A stretch of 43,954 bases of DNA from sequence record DRR723986_6320. The stretch is one strand, 5' to 3'. Shown here one piece after another: positions 17,506 to 27,478 of this stretch. Within the stretch, counting starts at the first letter, position 1, and every line of letters begins with the position of its first letter. The notes beneath the pieces are model-generated. The model searched no databases. It saw nothing but the letters and a program-made list of their open reading frames with translations, and was not told the origin of the DNA. Position numbers and translations under genes: made by a program.

Positions 17506-18791
17506 TGTGTGCGCCCGGCGAGCAACTTCTTTTGCAGCCCCATCACCCGTTTGGTCGCGGCAAACACCGACATCCCGGGCTCGGTTTTCCCGGCCACGCC
17601 CAGCTCATCGATCTGGGCATAGAACCAGTACTGAACACCGAAGGTTGCCATGGTCTTGATGGTCTTGATCGCATTAAGGAACGACAGCCAGGGGGGCAGC
17701 AGGGACAGCTCGGACTCATAGCGCGGCAACTCAGCGAGTCCTTCCAGCAATTGCTTGGGCGCATCGGTCATCACGCACATGGGGCGACCCAGGCCGATAA
17801 TATCTGCACTGCCGCTGGCCAGGGCCTGCTCCATCACATCGCGCCGCCGGAAACCGCCGGTTACCATCAACGGGACCTGTACCTTCTCCTGCATGGCCAG
17901 GGCAAAGTCCACAAAGTAAGCCTCGCGCGCGGCGGTGGACTGTTTGACATGCTGCGGCTCTTCCTCTTCCACACCCTCGACACCCAGCAGTTTGGGCTGC
18001 TCGTAGGTGCCGCCGGAGATTTCAATCAGGTCGACGCTGGCAGCTTCCAGCCACTGCACCACCTGCAGGCTGTCCTCGAAGGCAAAGCCGCCTTTCTGGA
18101 AGTCGGCACTGTTGATCTTCACCGACACCGGGAAATCGGGGCCTACCGCGGCGCGCACCGAGGCCACGCATTCCAGCAGGGCCCGGGCCCGGTTTTCCAG
18201 GGAACCGCCGTACTCATCGTCACGCAGGTTGGAGCGCGGGCTGAGAAACTCCGATAGCAGGTAACCGTGGGCCGAATGCACCTGAACCCCGGTGAATCCG
18301 GCTTCCTTGCAGGCGGCAGCGCAAACCCCGAAGCGACGCACAATCTCGGCGATTTCTGCGGTGGTCAATGCCACAGGCTCGCCGAACTGGCCTCCCGGCA
18401 AACCCAGCTTAACCGCTGACGGGGCCTTGGGATGCGGGTTAACCACCTTCTGCACCTGGCGTCCGCCGTGACTGATCTGGGCCCAGAAATGGTTGCCGTT
18501 GCGCGTGGCCGCCTGCGCCCAGCTGGCCAGGGCCTCGCGCATAGCCGCATCCGGCTCCCGGTCGATAACCACGTTACCGGGGCGTTCGAGATGGTCCCGG
18601 TCGATCTGGATATTGCCCGACAGCAGCATGCCGGCACCGCCGTCGCTCCAAATACCATAGAGGCGCTCAAGCTCAGGCGTAGGTAGCCCGTCTGGCGTAG
18701 CAAGGCCCTCGGTCATCGCCGCCTTCGACAGGCGATTGGGCAGGGTGGCGCCACAGGGAAGGGTTAGCGGTTGCGCAAGAGGGCTGGTCAT
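17502..18791 (-). CDS. NADH:flavin oxidoreductase / old yellow enzyme family
   Basis: PNRLSKAAMTE, QISHGGR, VHSAHGYLLSEFLSPRSNLRDDEYGGSLENR; start taken at ATG 18791. Confidence 0.92.
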   Translation of the reverse strand: MTSPLAQPLTLPCGATLPNRLSKAAMTEGLATPDGLPTPELERLYGIWSDGGAGMLLSGNIQIDRDHLERPGNVVIDREPDAAMREALASWAQAATRNGNHFWAQISHGGRQVQKVVNPHPKAPSAVKLGLPGGQFGEPVALTTAEIAEIVRRFGVCAAACKEAGFTGVQVHSAHGYLLSEFLSPRSNLRDDEYGGSLENRARALLECVASVRAAVGPDFPVSVKINSADFQKGGFAFEDSLQVVQWLEAASVDLIEISGGTYEQPKLLGVEGVEEEEPQHVKQSTAAREAYFVDFALAMQEKVQVPLMVTGGFRRRDVMEQALASGSADIIGLGRPMCVMTDAPKQLLEGLAELPRYESELSLLPPWLSFLNAIKTIKTMATFGVQYWFYAQIDELGVAGKTEPGMSVFAATKRVMGLQKKLLAGRTQ

Positions 18792-18896
18792 GGCGGTCTT
18801 CTCATCGGAACATAAGCGCACGATTCTATCGACAAACCGGTGCCGGCGCAGTAATCCCGCCCCTCCAATACCCACGGGGATAGCGATTCCGGCAAA

Positions 18897-18925
18897 TAGA
18901 CCCGATCGACGGCCACGTGTAAACT
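18897..18925 (+). promoter_or_regulatory. putative sigma70 promoter for the ribA-like gene
   Basis: TAGACC-N17-TAAACT. Confidence 0.4.
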
Positions 18926-18967
18926 GCTCGGCCCGTTTACCGGCCAGGACGCGCAAGCACTCACACC

Positions 18968-19783
18968 GTGTTTACCTACCTCAACCCCGATGTACGCGAG
19001 AAACTGATCGATCACGGCAAGCTGCTGCGGATTGATGCACTCGGCAACAAGCTGGATCCGCGCCTGCCGGCCCCGGTCGAAGGTATCGCGCTCAATCTGC
19101 TGGGCCCTATCCCGCTGCCCCTGGGTCGGGGTGAGCGCAAGCCTACCGCGAGCTGGTACGCGGCCGTGCGCAGCACCGAACTCGGCGAAGTAGAGTCCCT
19201 GGCGGGCACCTTGCGTGATAGTGGCGGCCAGCACCTGTTTTCCGTTCTCGCCTCGAGCATGGCAGTCAACAGCGTCCTGGTGATCGGCAACCCGGAAAAG
19301 TCGGCCTCACCCCTGGTACGGGTCCACTCCAGCTGCCTGACCGGCGATGTATTCGGCTCCCGACGCTGTGAGTGCGGCCCCCAACTGGAGGCTGCCCTGG
19401 ACCGGATTGCCGATGACCCCCAGGGCGGCTACCTGGTCTACATGGCGGGCCACGAGGGCCGCGGTATTGGCCTGTGGGCCAAGGCTGCTACCTATCTGCT
19501 GCAGGATGAAGGCGAGGACACTTACCAGGCCAACCGCTCACTGGGGCTGCCGGATGACTCCCGGGATTTCAGCGATGCCGCCGCCCTGCTCCACTATTTC
19601 GTTGGCAAGCGGCCGATTCGCCTGCTCACCAACAACCCCAAGAAGATCGCCGACCTGAGTGAATTCGGGCTGGGTGAGATCACCGCGGTCAAACACGTAA
19701 CTGGCGTGGATGACTGCAACCGACGTTACCTGGAAGCCAAGCGCGACTGGGGCCACCGCATCGGTGAGGACGACCTCGATTGA
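18968..19783 (+). CDS. ribA: GTP cyclohydrolase II (RibA) with N-terminal extension
   Basis: VRVHSSCLTGDVFGSRRCECG zinc site, HEGRGIGL, DSRDF, LLTNNPKK, YLEAK..WGH. Confidence 0.85.
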   Translation: MFTYLNPDVREKLIDHGKLLRIDALGNKLDPRLPAPVEGIALNLLGPIPLPLGRGERKPTASWYAAVRSTELGEVESLAGTLRDSGGQHLFSVLASSMAVNSVLVIGNPEKSASPLVRVHSSCLTGDVFGSRRCECGPQLEAALDRIADDPQGGYLVYMAGHEGRGIGLWAKAATYLLQDEGEDTYQANRSLGLPDDSRDFSDAAALLHYFVGKRPIRLLTNNPKKIADLSEFGLGEITAVKHVTGVDDCNRRYLEAKRDWGHRIGEDDLD

Positions 19784-19867
19784 GCCCTGGCCGGCGTCAA
19801 TCCCACATCCAGGCCTTTCCGGGGCGCGTACCATTTACCGAGGACGCAACAGGCAGGCGGTAACACG

Positions 19868-20392
19868 ATGACACCGGCCGACAGGGAACACAAAAAAATG
19901 GGCATGACCATGCAGGTCCTGGCCTGGGTAGTGTTCATGGGCCTGCTGGGTTTCTACTTTACCGATCTGCTGGAAGACCAGCACAACCCGAATCGATCTC
20001 TGGAAACCCGCTATACCGACGGTGTGCGTGAGGTGGTCCTGCAGCGCAACAAGTTCGGCCACTACGTCACCAGCGGCGAGATCAACGGCCAGCCCGTGGT
20101 CTTCATGCTCGACACCGGGGCCACCGGCGTCGCCCTGCCGGCGGCTATCGCCGAGCGGATAGGCGTTCCCCGGGGCCGGGCAATCAATACCCAGACCGCC
20201 AACGGCGTGGCGACCAGCTACCTGGCAAGCCTGGCTAGTGTGAAAGTCGGCGATATCGAACTGAACGATGTAGCGGCGGGTATTACCCCCGGCCTGAGAA
20301 CGGAAGAAGTCTTACTCGGGATGTCTTTCCTGCGCCACATCGAGTTCAGCCAGCGCGGTGACACCCTGATCCTGCGCCAGTACCCGGGCTAA
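19868..20392 (+). CDS. membrane-anchored clan AA (retropepsin-like) aspartic protease, TIGR02281-type
   Basis: N-terminal TM, GHY...G.ING, FMLDTGAT, TANG, LLGMSFL. Confidence 0.9.
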   Translation: MTPADREHKKMGMTMQVLAWVVFMGLLGFYFTDLLEDQHNPNRSLETRYTDGVREVVLQRNKFGHYVTSGEINGQPVVFMLDTGATGVALPAAIAERIGVPRGRAINTQTANGVATSYLASLASVKVGDIELNDVAAGITPGLRTEEVLLGMSFLRHIEFSQRGDTLILRQYPG

Positions 20393-20447
20393 GTTGCGGC
20401 GCGATAGCGAGCCCTGGCGAGGGGAAACTTTTCGCCGCCAATACGCA

Positions 20448-20771
20448 TCAATGCTGCCAGCGAGGCACCGGATAAAGCTCCGGTGACAGGTCAACCTCGA
20501 GGGCGTTATCGCAATCCCAACGGGGCTGGCCAACCATTTCATCGTAGGCACTGCGCTGGCGCAGCACGAGCTGTGCCGGGTCCAGTCCGGCCAGTAACTG
20601 CTTCATTTCCAGCAGGTTACGGGTTTTCAGGGTGCGCCCCCGGGCATCGGTGACCAGTTGCTCATCCTCGCCTACCAGGGCGCGGACGATGTACAGGCTA
20701 AGGTCGACCGACTCGATCACCAGCTTGTCGATCGTGCCGAGTGCAGCAAGTTCCTTCAGTGTCACTTTCAT
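20448..20771 (-). CDS. DUF6482-like protein
   Basis: 107 aa with LVLRQRSAYDEMVG C-terminal motif; GGAG RBS. Confidence 0.7.
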   Translation of the reverse strand: MKVTLKELAALGTIDKLVIESVDLSLYIVRALVGEDEQLVTDARGRTLKTRNLLEMKQLLAGLDPAQLVLRQRSAYDEMVGQPRWDCDNALEVDLSPELYPVPRWQH

Positions 20772-20888
20772 CCCGTTCTCCCTTCAGTCCCCCATAGTCT
20801 GCGTTGATACGCACGAGCCTGCACCCCCTTCCATCCACTGCAGGCGGACAAATACTGGACCGGCGCATAAGGCCCAGGGATCAGCGAA

Positions 20889-21902
20889 CTACATAAGAGC
20901 GACGGAGAGAATAGTCACGCCGGCAAAACCGAACAGCAGCAGAGTGCCATAGGTGAGGTAGAGAAACAGGGTCTTGCCGATGGCTCCACGTATGCCCGAG
21001 CCGTAGGCGCGCCAGAGGGCAGCCGGCATATAGGCCGCGCCCAGTAAAAAAAGCCAGGGCTCGACAGTCGGCAACAGTTGCTCGACGACAAGATCAACGA
21101 GGTACAGCAGGTAGACGAAACTGTGGTAGTGCAGCCCGAACACCAGGTGCTGGAGGTAATGAAACGGCGAGAACAGGTAACTCAACCTGAGCAGCAGCGC
21201 GAACAGGGGCAACATCAGGAACATCATCTGCGGGAGGTAATCCAGGAACAGGCCAAGAAACAGCGCGGGCTCGTCTGCCAGGCGCTTGGCGTTGTTCTCA
21301 ATACGCGCGTCCAGGTCCTGCAGCCAGGGCGGACTGTTCTCATCCGCCAGCCCGATGTTCACCTCGCCATCGCCGTCATCCTCGCCTTTACCTGAGCCTC
21401 CGATAACCACTGGCGCGAAGACCTCGTCAGCGGACTTCTCCAGTTCCTCACGGGTGCGCGGTCGAAGGTCAACCCTTACATCGAGGTCCTCGAGCTTTTC
21501 CAACACGGGTGCCAGATCATTGGGGTCAAGGCTCTCCACATCGCTGGTGACGGTCAGCCCCGGCCCGTCGCCAGCGGCCAGATAGTCAGCGGTTACCGAC
21601 ACCACCAGGAACAGAACAAAGCTGATAATCAGGTACAAGCGGAATGGGGGCAGGTAGCGGGCGCGGCGGCCGGCGATAAACTCGGCCGTGAGGAAGCCCG
21701 GCATGAACATCAGCGGGGCCAGGGTGCGCCAGAAACGGGAGTCCCAGGTAAACACATCGCCGGTGATCTCGCCCAGCGCCTGGAAAAAGAACAGCTCTCC
21801 CTTCCCCTCCCGCTGGCCGCAGTGATGACAGAACTCGCCCCGCAGCAAGGCGCCACAGTTGCGGCAGTTCCTGCCGATCTGGTTACCGGAATTCTCTTCC
21901 AT
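20889..21902 (-). CDS. DUF3667-domain membrane protein
   Basis: N-terminal CRNCG...FCHHCGQ zinc ribbon, GRRARYLPPFRLYL, HLVFGLHYHSF, several TMs. Confidence 0.85.
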   Translation of the reverse strand: MEENSGNQIGRNCRNCGALLRGEFCHHCGQREGKGELFFFQALGEITGDVFTWDSRFWRTLAPLMFMPGFLTAEFIAGRRARYLPPFRLYLIISFVLFLVVSVTADYLAAGDGPGLTVTSDVESLDPNDLAPVLEKLEDLDVRVDLRPRTREELEKSADEVFAPVVIGGSGKGEDDGDGEVNIGLADENSPPWLQDLDARIENNAKRLADEPALFLGLFLDYLPQMMFLMLPLFALLLRLSYLFSPFHYLQHLVFGLHYHSFVYLLYLVDLVVEQLLPTVEPWLFLLGAAYMPAALWRAYGSGIRGAIGKTLFLYLTYGTLLLFGFAGVTILSVALM

Positions 21903-22076
21903 GCTTCCGCACCTTATCCCAAAGGGCGAACAGCGCCAAACACTTCCATCGGCTTGAGCAGGTCATCGCCGGGAAATCTGGTTCGCCAAAGGCACCGTGA
22001 ATCTTTCCCATCCGTCTCCCGCGCCGGTCTGCTACCATCCCGCCCTGTAGCCATGTAGTCCCAGAGAGGAAGCGCC

Positions 22077-23942
22077 TTGCCCCGTTTTATCCTGCTGATC
22101 CTGGCCGTACCGCTGCTGATTGTCCTGCTGGCGGCACTCCTGCTGCCCGCGCTGCTGGACGAGAAGCACCTTGTCGAGCTCGCCTCGCGCACTCTCCAGG
22201 AGCAGACCGGCGCAAGGCTTGATGTGGCCGGTGAGGCACGCCTCACCCTGCTCCCGGGTATCGGCGTCACTCTCTCAACGGTAACGCTCTCCCTTCCGGA
22301 CGATACCGCACCAACGCTGGCGGCGCGCAGGCTGGAATTGGGCATTCAACTACTGCCGCTGCTGTCCCGCCGCATCGAGATCGGCGGTCTTCGCCTGGAC
22401 GGTCTCGATGCGCGAGTGCCCCTGAGCGGCCCGCAAGCCGATCAGCCGGCCCCACCCGACACCAATGCCATGAGCGATGCACAGCTCGACGCGTATTATG
22501 CTGCTCGTCGCGAGGCAATGAACCAACTCGGGGATGCGGTACCACAATTGAAACTGCTCGCTGCACCGCTGGCCCTGAATATCGATTCCCTTGAGCTCAT
22601 GGACTCACGTATCACCCTCCTTGCGCCGGAGGGCAAACCAACGCTTATCGAACTGCGCCGCTTCCAGGCCTCCGATGTCAACACCGATGGCCGACCCATG
22701 ACCCTGTCGGTCGCCATCACCCTGCCGGCCGACGATGGCTCGACTGCCCGCGAGTTGGCAGTCGATGGCACCCTGGAGGCGGATCTCGCTACCCGGCGCA
22801 TCAGACTGGATCCCATGACACTGTCGGCAAGCGGAGCTACCGCTGAGCCGGTAGCCATTAGCTTGCAGGGTGACATAGACCTGGAACGGCTAGGTGCAGA
22901 GCTGGCGATAGAACTGTCCAGCGGCGCAACCCGCGGCACGGGGAGCGCGCGCTTCGCCAGCCGGGAGAGTCCGCAAATACAGGCAAAACTGGCACTGAAC
23001 CGGCTGGACCCGGCCCTGCTCCTACTCGCGGGTCCCGACGCCGCCTCGCAGGCAGAGACGGTAGAGTCGGCGGAAAGTGGCGACGAGCCGCTGCCACTGG
23101 AACTGCTCCGCGCCCTCTCGACCGAGGTCGAGCTGACCGTAGACCAGGCCCTGTACGGGAACTACCTGATCGAGAACCTGGAGCTGACTGCGCGCGGCGT
23201 GGACGGCCTCCTCGATATCAGCTCTTTGACAGGTCGCCTGTTCGACGGGGCCCTCTCGCTAAGCGCCAGCATCAACGCCAGGCGCGATGCAGCAACTCTC
23301 ACCACCAGCGGACAACTCACCGGCGTAAACATCGCCAAACTGCTGACCGCAGCAGAGACCGAGGCGAAGGTCAGTGGCTCGGCAAGCTTTAACTGGCAGC
23401 TGACCAGCCGGGGAGCAACGCCAAACGAACTGCTTGCCGGGCTGAGCGGACCGGCGCGGCTCACCACGGAGTCGGTGGTCCTGCAGGAGATCGGTATCCA
23501 GAAACTCCTGTGTGAGTCGGTAGCCATGGTCAACCAGCAGAGCCTGTCGGCGGAACTTCCCCTGGAAAGTGCCCTGCAGGACCTGTCGGCGGATATCGAA
23601 CTGGCCGACGGTTATGCGGTTCTGTCCCCGCTGCGCGCAGACATGCGGGAAGTCCAGCTCCGGGGCACCGGCCGCCTGGGTCTTCTGAGCCGCGAGTTCA
23701 GCGCCAGGTTTGCTGCCCGGCTCAGTCCAGAGCTGGCGGAACTGGATCCGGCCTGTCGGGTGAACGAACGCTACGCCAAACTGGACTGGCCAGTGAACTG
23801 CCGCGGCCGCATCGCCAGCGATCCGGCCGACTGGTGTGCCGTGGATACCGGTAAGATCATCCGGGATCTGGCGACAGGCGAAGCGGAACGCAAACTGGGT
23901 AAAGAGGCCGGCAAACTACTGGATCGACTGTTTAGAAACTGA
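22077..23942 (+). CDS. asmA: AsmA family protein
   Basis: N-terminal anchor, EQTGARLDVAG, LLPLLSRRIEI, C-terminal DPACRVN..WPVNCRG. Confidence 0.8.
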   Translation: MPRFILLILAVPLLIVLLAALLLPALLDEKHLVELASRTLQEQTGARLDVAGEARLTLLPGIGVTLSTVTLSLPDDTAPTLAARRLELGIQLLPLLSRRIEIGGLRLDGLDARVPLSGPQADQPAPPDTNAMSDAQLDAYYAARREAMNQLGDAVPQLKLLAAPLALNIDSLELMDSRITLLAPEGKPTLIELRRFQASDVNTDGRPMTLSVAITLPADDGSTARELAVDGTLEADLATRRIRLDPMTLSASGATAEPVAISLQGDIDLERLGAELAIELSSGATRGTGSARFASRESPQIQAKLALNRLDPALLLLAGPDAASQAETVESAESGDEPLPLELLRALSTEVELTVDQALYGNYLIENLELTARGVDGLLDISSLTGRLFDGALSLSASINARRDAATLTTSGQLTGVNIAKLLTAAETEAKVSGSASFNWQLTSRGATPNELLAGLSGPARLTTESVVLQEIGIQKLLCESVAMVNQQSLSAELPLESALQDLSADIELADGYAVLSPLRADMREVQLRGTGRLGLLSREFSARFAARLSPELAELDPACRVNERYAKLDWPVNCRGRIASDPADWCAVDTGKIIRDLATGEAERKLGKEAGKLLDRLFRN

Positions 23943-24016
23943 AACACGAGGCGCCGGGGGTTTGCCAAGCCTCGCGCCGCGTGCCACGGTGTCGCCTGGA
24001 CCATCGGGACAACACT

Positions 24017-25411
24017 ATGCGTAACCCCTACCTGCTGAGTGCCGCCGTCGCGCTGGGGCTGCTGCTCTGGTTGCTGCCCACACCCACCGGCCTCAATGAC
24101 GCTGCCTGGCAGCTGTTCGCGATCTTCGCCGCGGCTATCGTCGCCGTGATTACCGGCGGCTCGACCATCCTGCTCGCGGCCATACTCGCGCTGGTGGTCG
24201 CAGTACTCAGCGGCACGCTCGACCCCAAAGCCGCCTACAGCGGGTTCAGCCAGGGCTTTATCCTGCTCATCGTGGTGGCCTTCCTGATCGGCCGCGGCGT
24301 GGTCAACTCCGGTCTCGGCGCGCGCATCGGCTACCTGATGGTGAGTCGCTTCGGCAAATCTTCCCTGGGCCTGGCCTACAGCATGGTCGCCACCGACGCC
24401 CTCATCGCCCCGGCCTTTCCCAGCAATACCGCTCGCTCGGGAGTACTGTTCCCCATCGTCTATGCGCTGGCCGAAAACAATGATTCGCATCCCTGGGAGC
24501 CGTCCCGGCACCGGGTCGGCGCGTACCTGATGCTGTGCAGCATGGTCGGGCTGGGCCTGTCGTCCGGCCTGTGGATGACCGCGATGGCCGCCAATCCGGT
24601 GGGCGTTGCGATCGCCGCCCGCCAGGGAGTGGAGATCACCTTCGGCAGCTGGTTCCTGGCGGCCAGCCTGCCGACCCTGTGCGCGATGCTGGCCATACCC
24701 TGGCTGCTGTATCGCTGGTTTCCCCCGGAACTCGGCAAGACACCGGAAGCACCGGCCGCAGCCCGGGCCCGGCTGGCGGAACTTGGTCCCCTGTCGCGGG
24801 GCGAGTGGATTACCCTCGCCACCTTCGCCACCATGGTCATCGGCTGGGGTCTCGCCGGTGTGCTCGGACTGGATGCCACGGCGATCGCGTTCCTAGGCCT
24901 CGCGGTACTGATGATTTCCGGGGTGTTCACCCTGGATGACATCAAGCAATCCGGCGATGCCCTCGAGACCCTGATCTGGTTCGCGATCCTGTATACGTTG
25001 AGCAGCGAACTGGATCGCCTGGGTTTCATGCAGTTTGCCGGCGACCTGCTGGGGAGCTATGTCGACGGTTTCAGCTGGCCGATCACCTATGCCTTACTGG
25101 TCACCGTCTACGTACTGATCCACTACCTGTTCGTCAGCCAGACGGCGCACCTGCTGGCCCTGTTCGGTGTTTTCCTCAGCCTGTCGCAACCCGAAGTCCC
25201 ATTGCCGCTAATGGCGATGATGCTGCTGCTGGCCACCAACTTCTTCTCCGTCATCACACCGCAGGCGTCGAGTTGCAATGTTATCTTCGTGGGCAGTGGC
25301 TATGTCACCGGGGGCGAGGTTTACCGTTACGGGGGCTTGGCCACGCTGGCCCTGCTGCTCATCTACCTGGTAGTGGGTTCACCGTGGATCATGCTGGTGC
25401 TGGGCCGCTGA
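24017..25411 (+). CDS. DASS family divalent anion transporter (CitT/2-oxoglutarate-malate translocator-like)
   Basis: SGLGARIG, PSNTARSG, MTAMAANP, HYLFVSQTAH; multiple TMs. Confidence 0.9.
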   Translation: MRNPYLLSAAVALGLLLWLLPTPTGLNDAAWQLFAIFAAAIVAVITGGSTILLAAILALVVAVLSGTLDPKAAYSGFSQGFILLIVVAFLIGRGVVNSGLGARIGYLMVSRFGKSSLGLAYSMVATDALIAPAFPSNTARSGVLFPIVYALAENNDSHPWEPSRHRVGAYLMLCSMVGLGLSSGLWMTAMAANPVGVAIAARQGVEITFGSWFLAASLPTLCAMLAIPWLLYRWFPPELGKTPEAPAAARARLAELGPLSRGEWITLATFATMVIGWGLAGVLGLDATAIAFLGLAVLMISGVFTLDDIKQSGDALETLIWFAILYTLSSELDRLGFMQFAGDLLGSYVDGFSWPITYALLVTVYVLIHYLFVSQTAHLLALFGVFLSLSQPEVPLPLMAMMLLLATNFFSVITPQASSCNVIFVGSGYVTGGEVYRYGGLATLALLLIYLVVGSPWIMLVLGR

Positions 25412-25423
25412 TCGGGCCGCTCA

Positions 25424-26998
25424 CTAACCTACCCCGGCCGCGATTCCGGTAAGCCACAGGCAGACCAGGAGCATCAACAGCGCAGCACCGCAAAGGGTGG
25501 CCACATAGCGGCGCGGCACGGACAGCTCACGCAGCTTGAGCGTCGGCCTGCCAGCGCCCGCCCAGCCAATTGCCAGCGCCAGACCAATCGCCACCCAGAA
25601 GCCAATGACGTTCCACCACAGCCAGGAGACCTCCGGCAGTAGACGCCAGACCAGCGCATTGGCCAGCAGGCCGGCGAGGAAGCCGAAAATGGCTGCGCGC
25701 TGGCCCAGCCCCGGCAGCAGGATTGCAATACAGAACAGGGCGAGCAGTGAGCCGTTAGCCATCGAACCCACCTTGTTGATCGCCTCCAATACAGTGGGCG
25801 CTATGCGCTCCACCTGGAAAGAAAAACCAATCGCGAACAATCCCCAGGCCAGGGTCGCCAGCTTGGACAGCAGGAACATGCGCTGCTCAGATCGCCTGGT
25901 ATGCCGCGGCAGAAAGTCCTCGACCGTACTGGCAGACAGGCTGTTCAACGCCGAATCGATGGATGACATGGCGGCGGCAAACAGGCCAACGATCGCCAGT
26001 CCCGCCAGACCCGGGGCAAACTCGCGCGCCACGAAAGCCGGAAAAACCAGATTGTAATTGGGCTGGCCCGACTCGGTCAGGGGCAGCGCATCAACAAATC
26101 CTGTGTGCTGCGCTGCATAGGCTGCAAGCCCCAGGCCCAGCAGGCAGTAGGCGAACACCAGGGGAAAGCGCAGCAGGCCGTTGTAAAGCAGCACCCGGCG
26201 GGTTGCCCGCTCATCGTGGGCCGACAACAGACGCTGGGCCTGACTCTGGTCGCAGCCATAGTAGGCCACGTACAGGAAAAACCCACCGAACAGCATGGGC
26301 CAGAAGCCGTAGTTGTTGCCGCGGACTCCCCAATCCATGCTCACAGCACTGACCCGCGGAGCGAGCTCGTCGAACTGCGCCACGATCGGCTCGGCCAGCC
26401 AGGCCAGGGCGACCAGCACCGCCACCGTCAGCAATACCATTTGGATAACGTCGGAGATGACTACTGCCCGCATGCCACCCAGCACATCGTAGGCGACGGT
26501 TATTCCCATAAGCAGCAGCACCGAGTACAGGTAGGACAACCCGGTGACCAGGCTGACCACTGAGGCCACACCGTACACCGTGACCCCGGTTGCCACACCG
26601 CGGAAAAACAGGAAACACCCGCTGGCCAGCAGGCGACTCTCGCGCCCCAGGCGCTGCTCGAGGTAGGCATAGATCGAGATCACCCCGCTGCGGCGCACCG
26701 GCATGAACAGCGCACACAGTGCCAGCATCGCCAACGGCACTGCCAGTTCGTATTGCAGCCAGAGCATGCCACCACCGAGCACAAAACCGACAAAGGCCGG
26801 AGCGCCCAGCAGGCTGTTGGTGGAACACTGGGTGGCAACTACCGAGGTGGCCAGGGCCCAGCTCGGCAGACCATTACCGCCGAGATAATAGTCCTGGCGA
26901 GAACCCTGGCGACGGCCGAGATAGACCGCAAGGGCCAGCATCAGCAGCAGGTAGCCGCCAATAATGGCCCAATCGAGAAACTGCAGGTGCTGCTCCAA
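25424..26998 (-). CDS. sodium:solute symporter (SSS family)
   Basis: DYYLGG, SVVATQCS, GGMRAVVISDVIQ, DQSQAQRLL, AAAMSSIDSALNSL. Confidence 0.9.
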   Translation of the reverse strand: MEQHLQFLDWAIIGGYLLLMLALAVYLGRRQGSRQDYYLGGNGLPSWALATSVVATQCSTNSLLGAPAFVGFVLGGGMLWLQYELAVPLAMLALCALFMPVRRSGVISIYAYLEQRLGRESRLLASGCFLFFRGVATGVTVYGVASVVSLVTGLSYLYSVLLLMGITVAYDVLGGMRAVVISDVIQMVLLTVAVLVALAWLAEPIVAQFDELAPRVSAVSMDWGVRGNNYGFWPMLFGGFFLYVAYYGCDQSQAQRLLSAHDERATRRVLLYNGLLRFPLVFAYCLLGLGLAAYAAQHTGFVDALPLTESGQPNYNLVFPAFVAREFAPGLAGLAIVGLFAAAMSSIDSALNSLSASTVEDFLPRHTRRSEQRMFLLSKLATLAWGLFAIGFSFQVERIAPTVLEAINKVGSMANGSLLALFCIAILLPGLGQRAAIFGFLAGLLANALVWRLLPEVSWLWWNVIGFWVAIGLALAIGWAGAGRPTLKLRELSVPRRYVATLCGAALLMLLVCLWLTGIAAGVG

Positions 26999-27062
26999 AG
27001 CCGTCCCCAGCGCGCGTGCAAGGGTCTAGGTTGCCACAGCTTGCCCGCCGAGGTCGAAACCG

Positions 27063-27422
27063 CTAGTTCAACACCCGATAGCCGCGGCCGCGTAGGCACT
27101 GCTTGACCACCTGCACCTCGTCGCGCTCGCCCTGGGAGACGCCCTTGGCCCCGCCGGTAACGGCACCGGCACCCGCCGCGCGCTGGGCATCGCGGCTATT
27201 GCCGACTGCAGCGCCGATCAGGCCGCCCACCACGGCGCCGGAAACAGCGCCCTTGGCCGCCTTCTCGCCGGTTTTGACCTGCTCGGCGTAGGCGCGGCAC
27301 TCCGCAAGGTCCCGCTCGTAGCTGACCATGTTGACGCCCTTTTCATCGATGATGATTTCATCGGTGGTGGTACAGGCCGCCACCAGCAGCAGGGGAAGTA
27401 GCGCAACTGTCCGATAGTTCAT
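27063..27422 (-). CDS. glycine-zipper lipoprotein
   Basis: Lipobox VAAC, GAVSGAVVGGLIGAAVG zipper, C-terminal CLRGRGY; GGAG RBS. Confidence 0.85.
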   Translation of the reverse strand: MNYRTVALLPLLLVAACTTTDEIIIDEKGVNMVSYERDLAECRAYAEQVKTGEKAAKGAVSGAVVGGLIGAAVGNSRDAQRAAGAGAVTGGAKGVSQGERDEVQVVKQCLRGRGYRVLN

Positions 27423-27478
27423 GGCTCCGCTCCCATTGTTATCACGTGTCCCGGCATGAGGGCTCCGGCCAGCACGGC

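Noticed and set aside
18792-18967. FMN riboswitch upstream of ribA
   Set aside because: Conserved RFN elements (AGGGCGGGGTGAAATTCCC...) are absent
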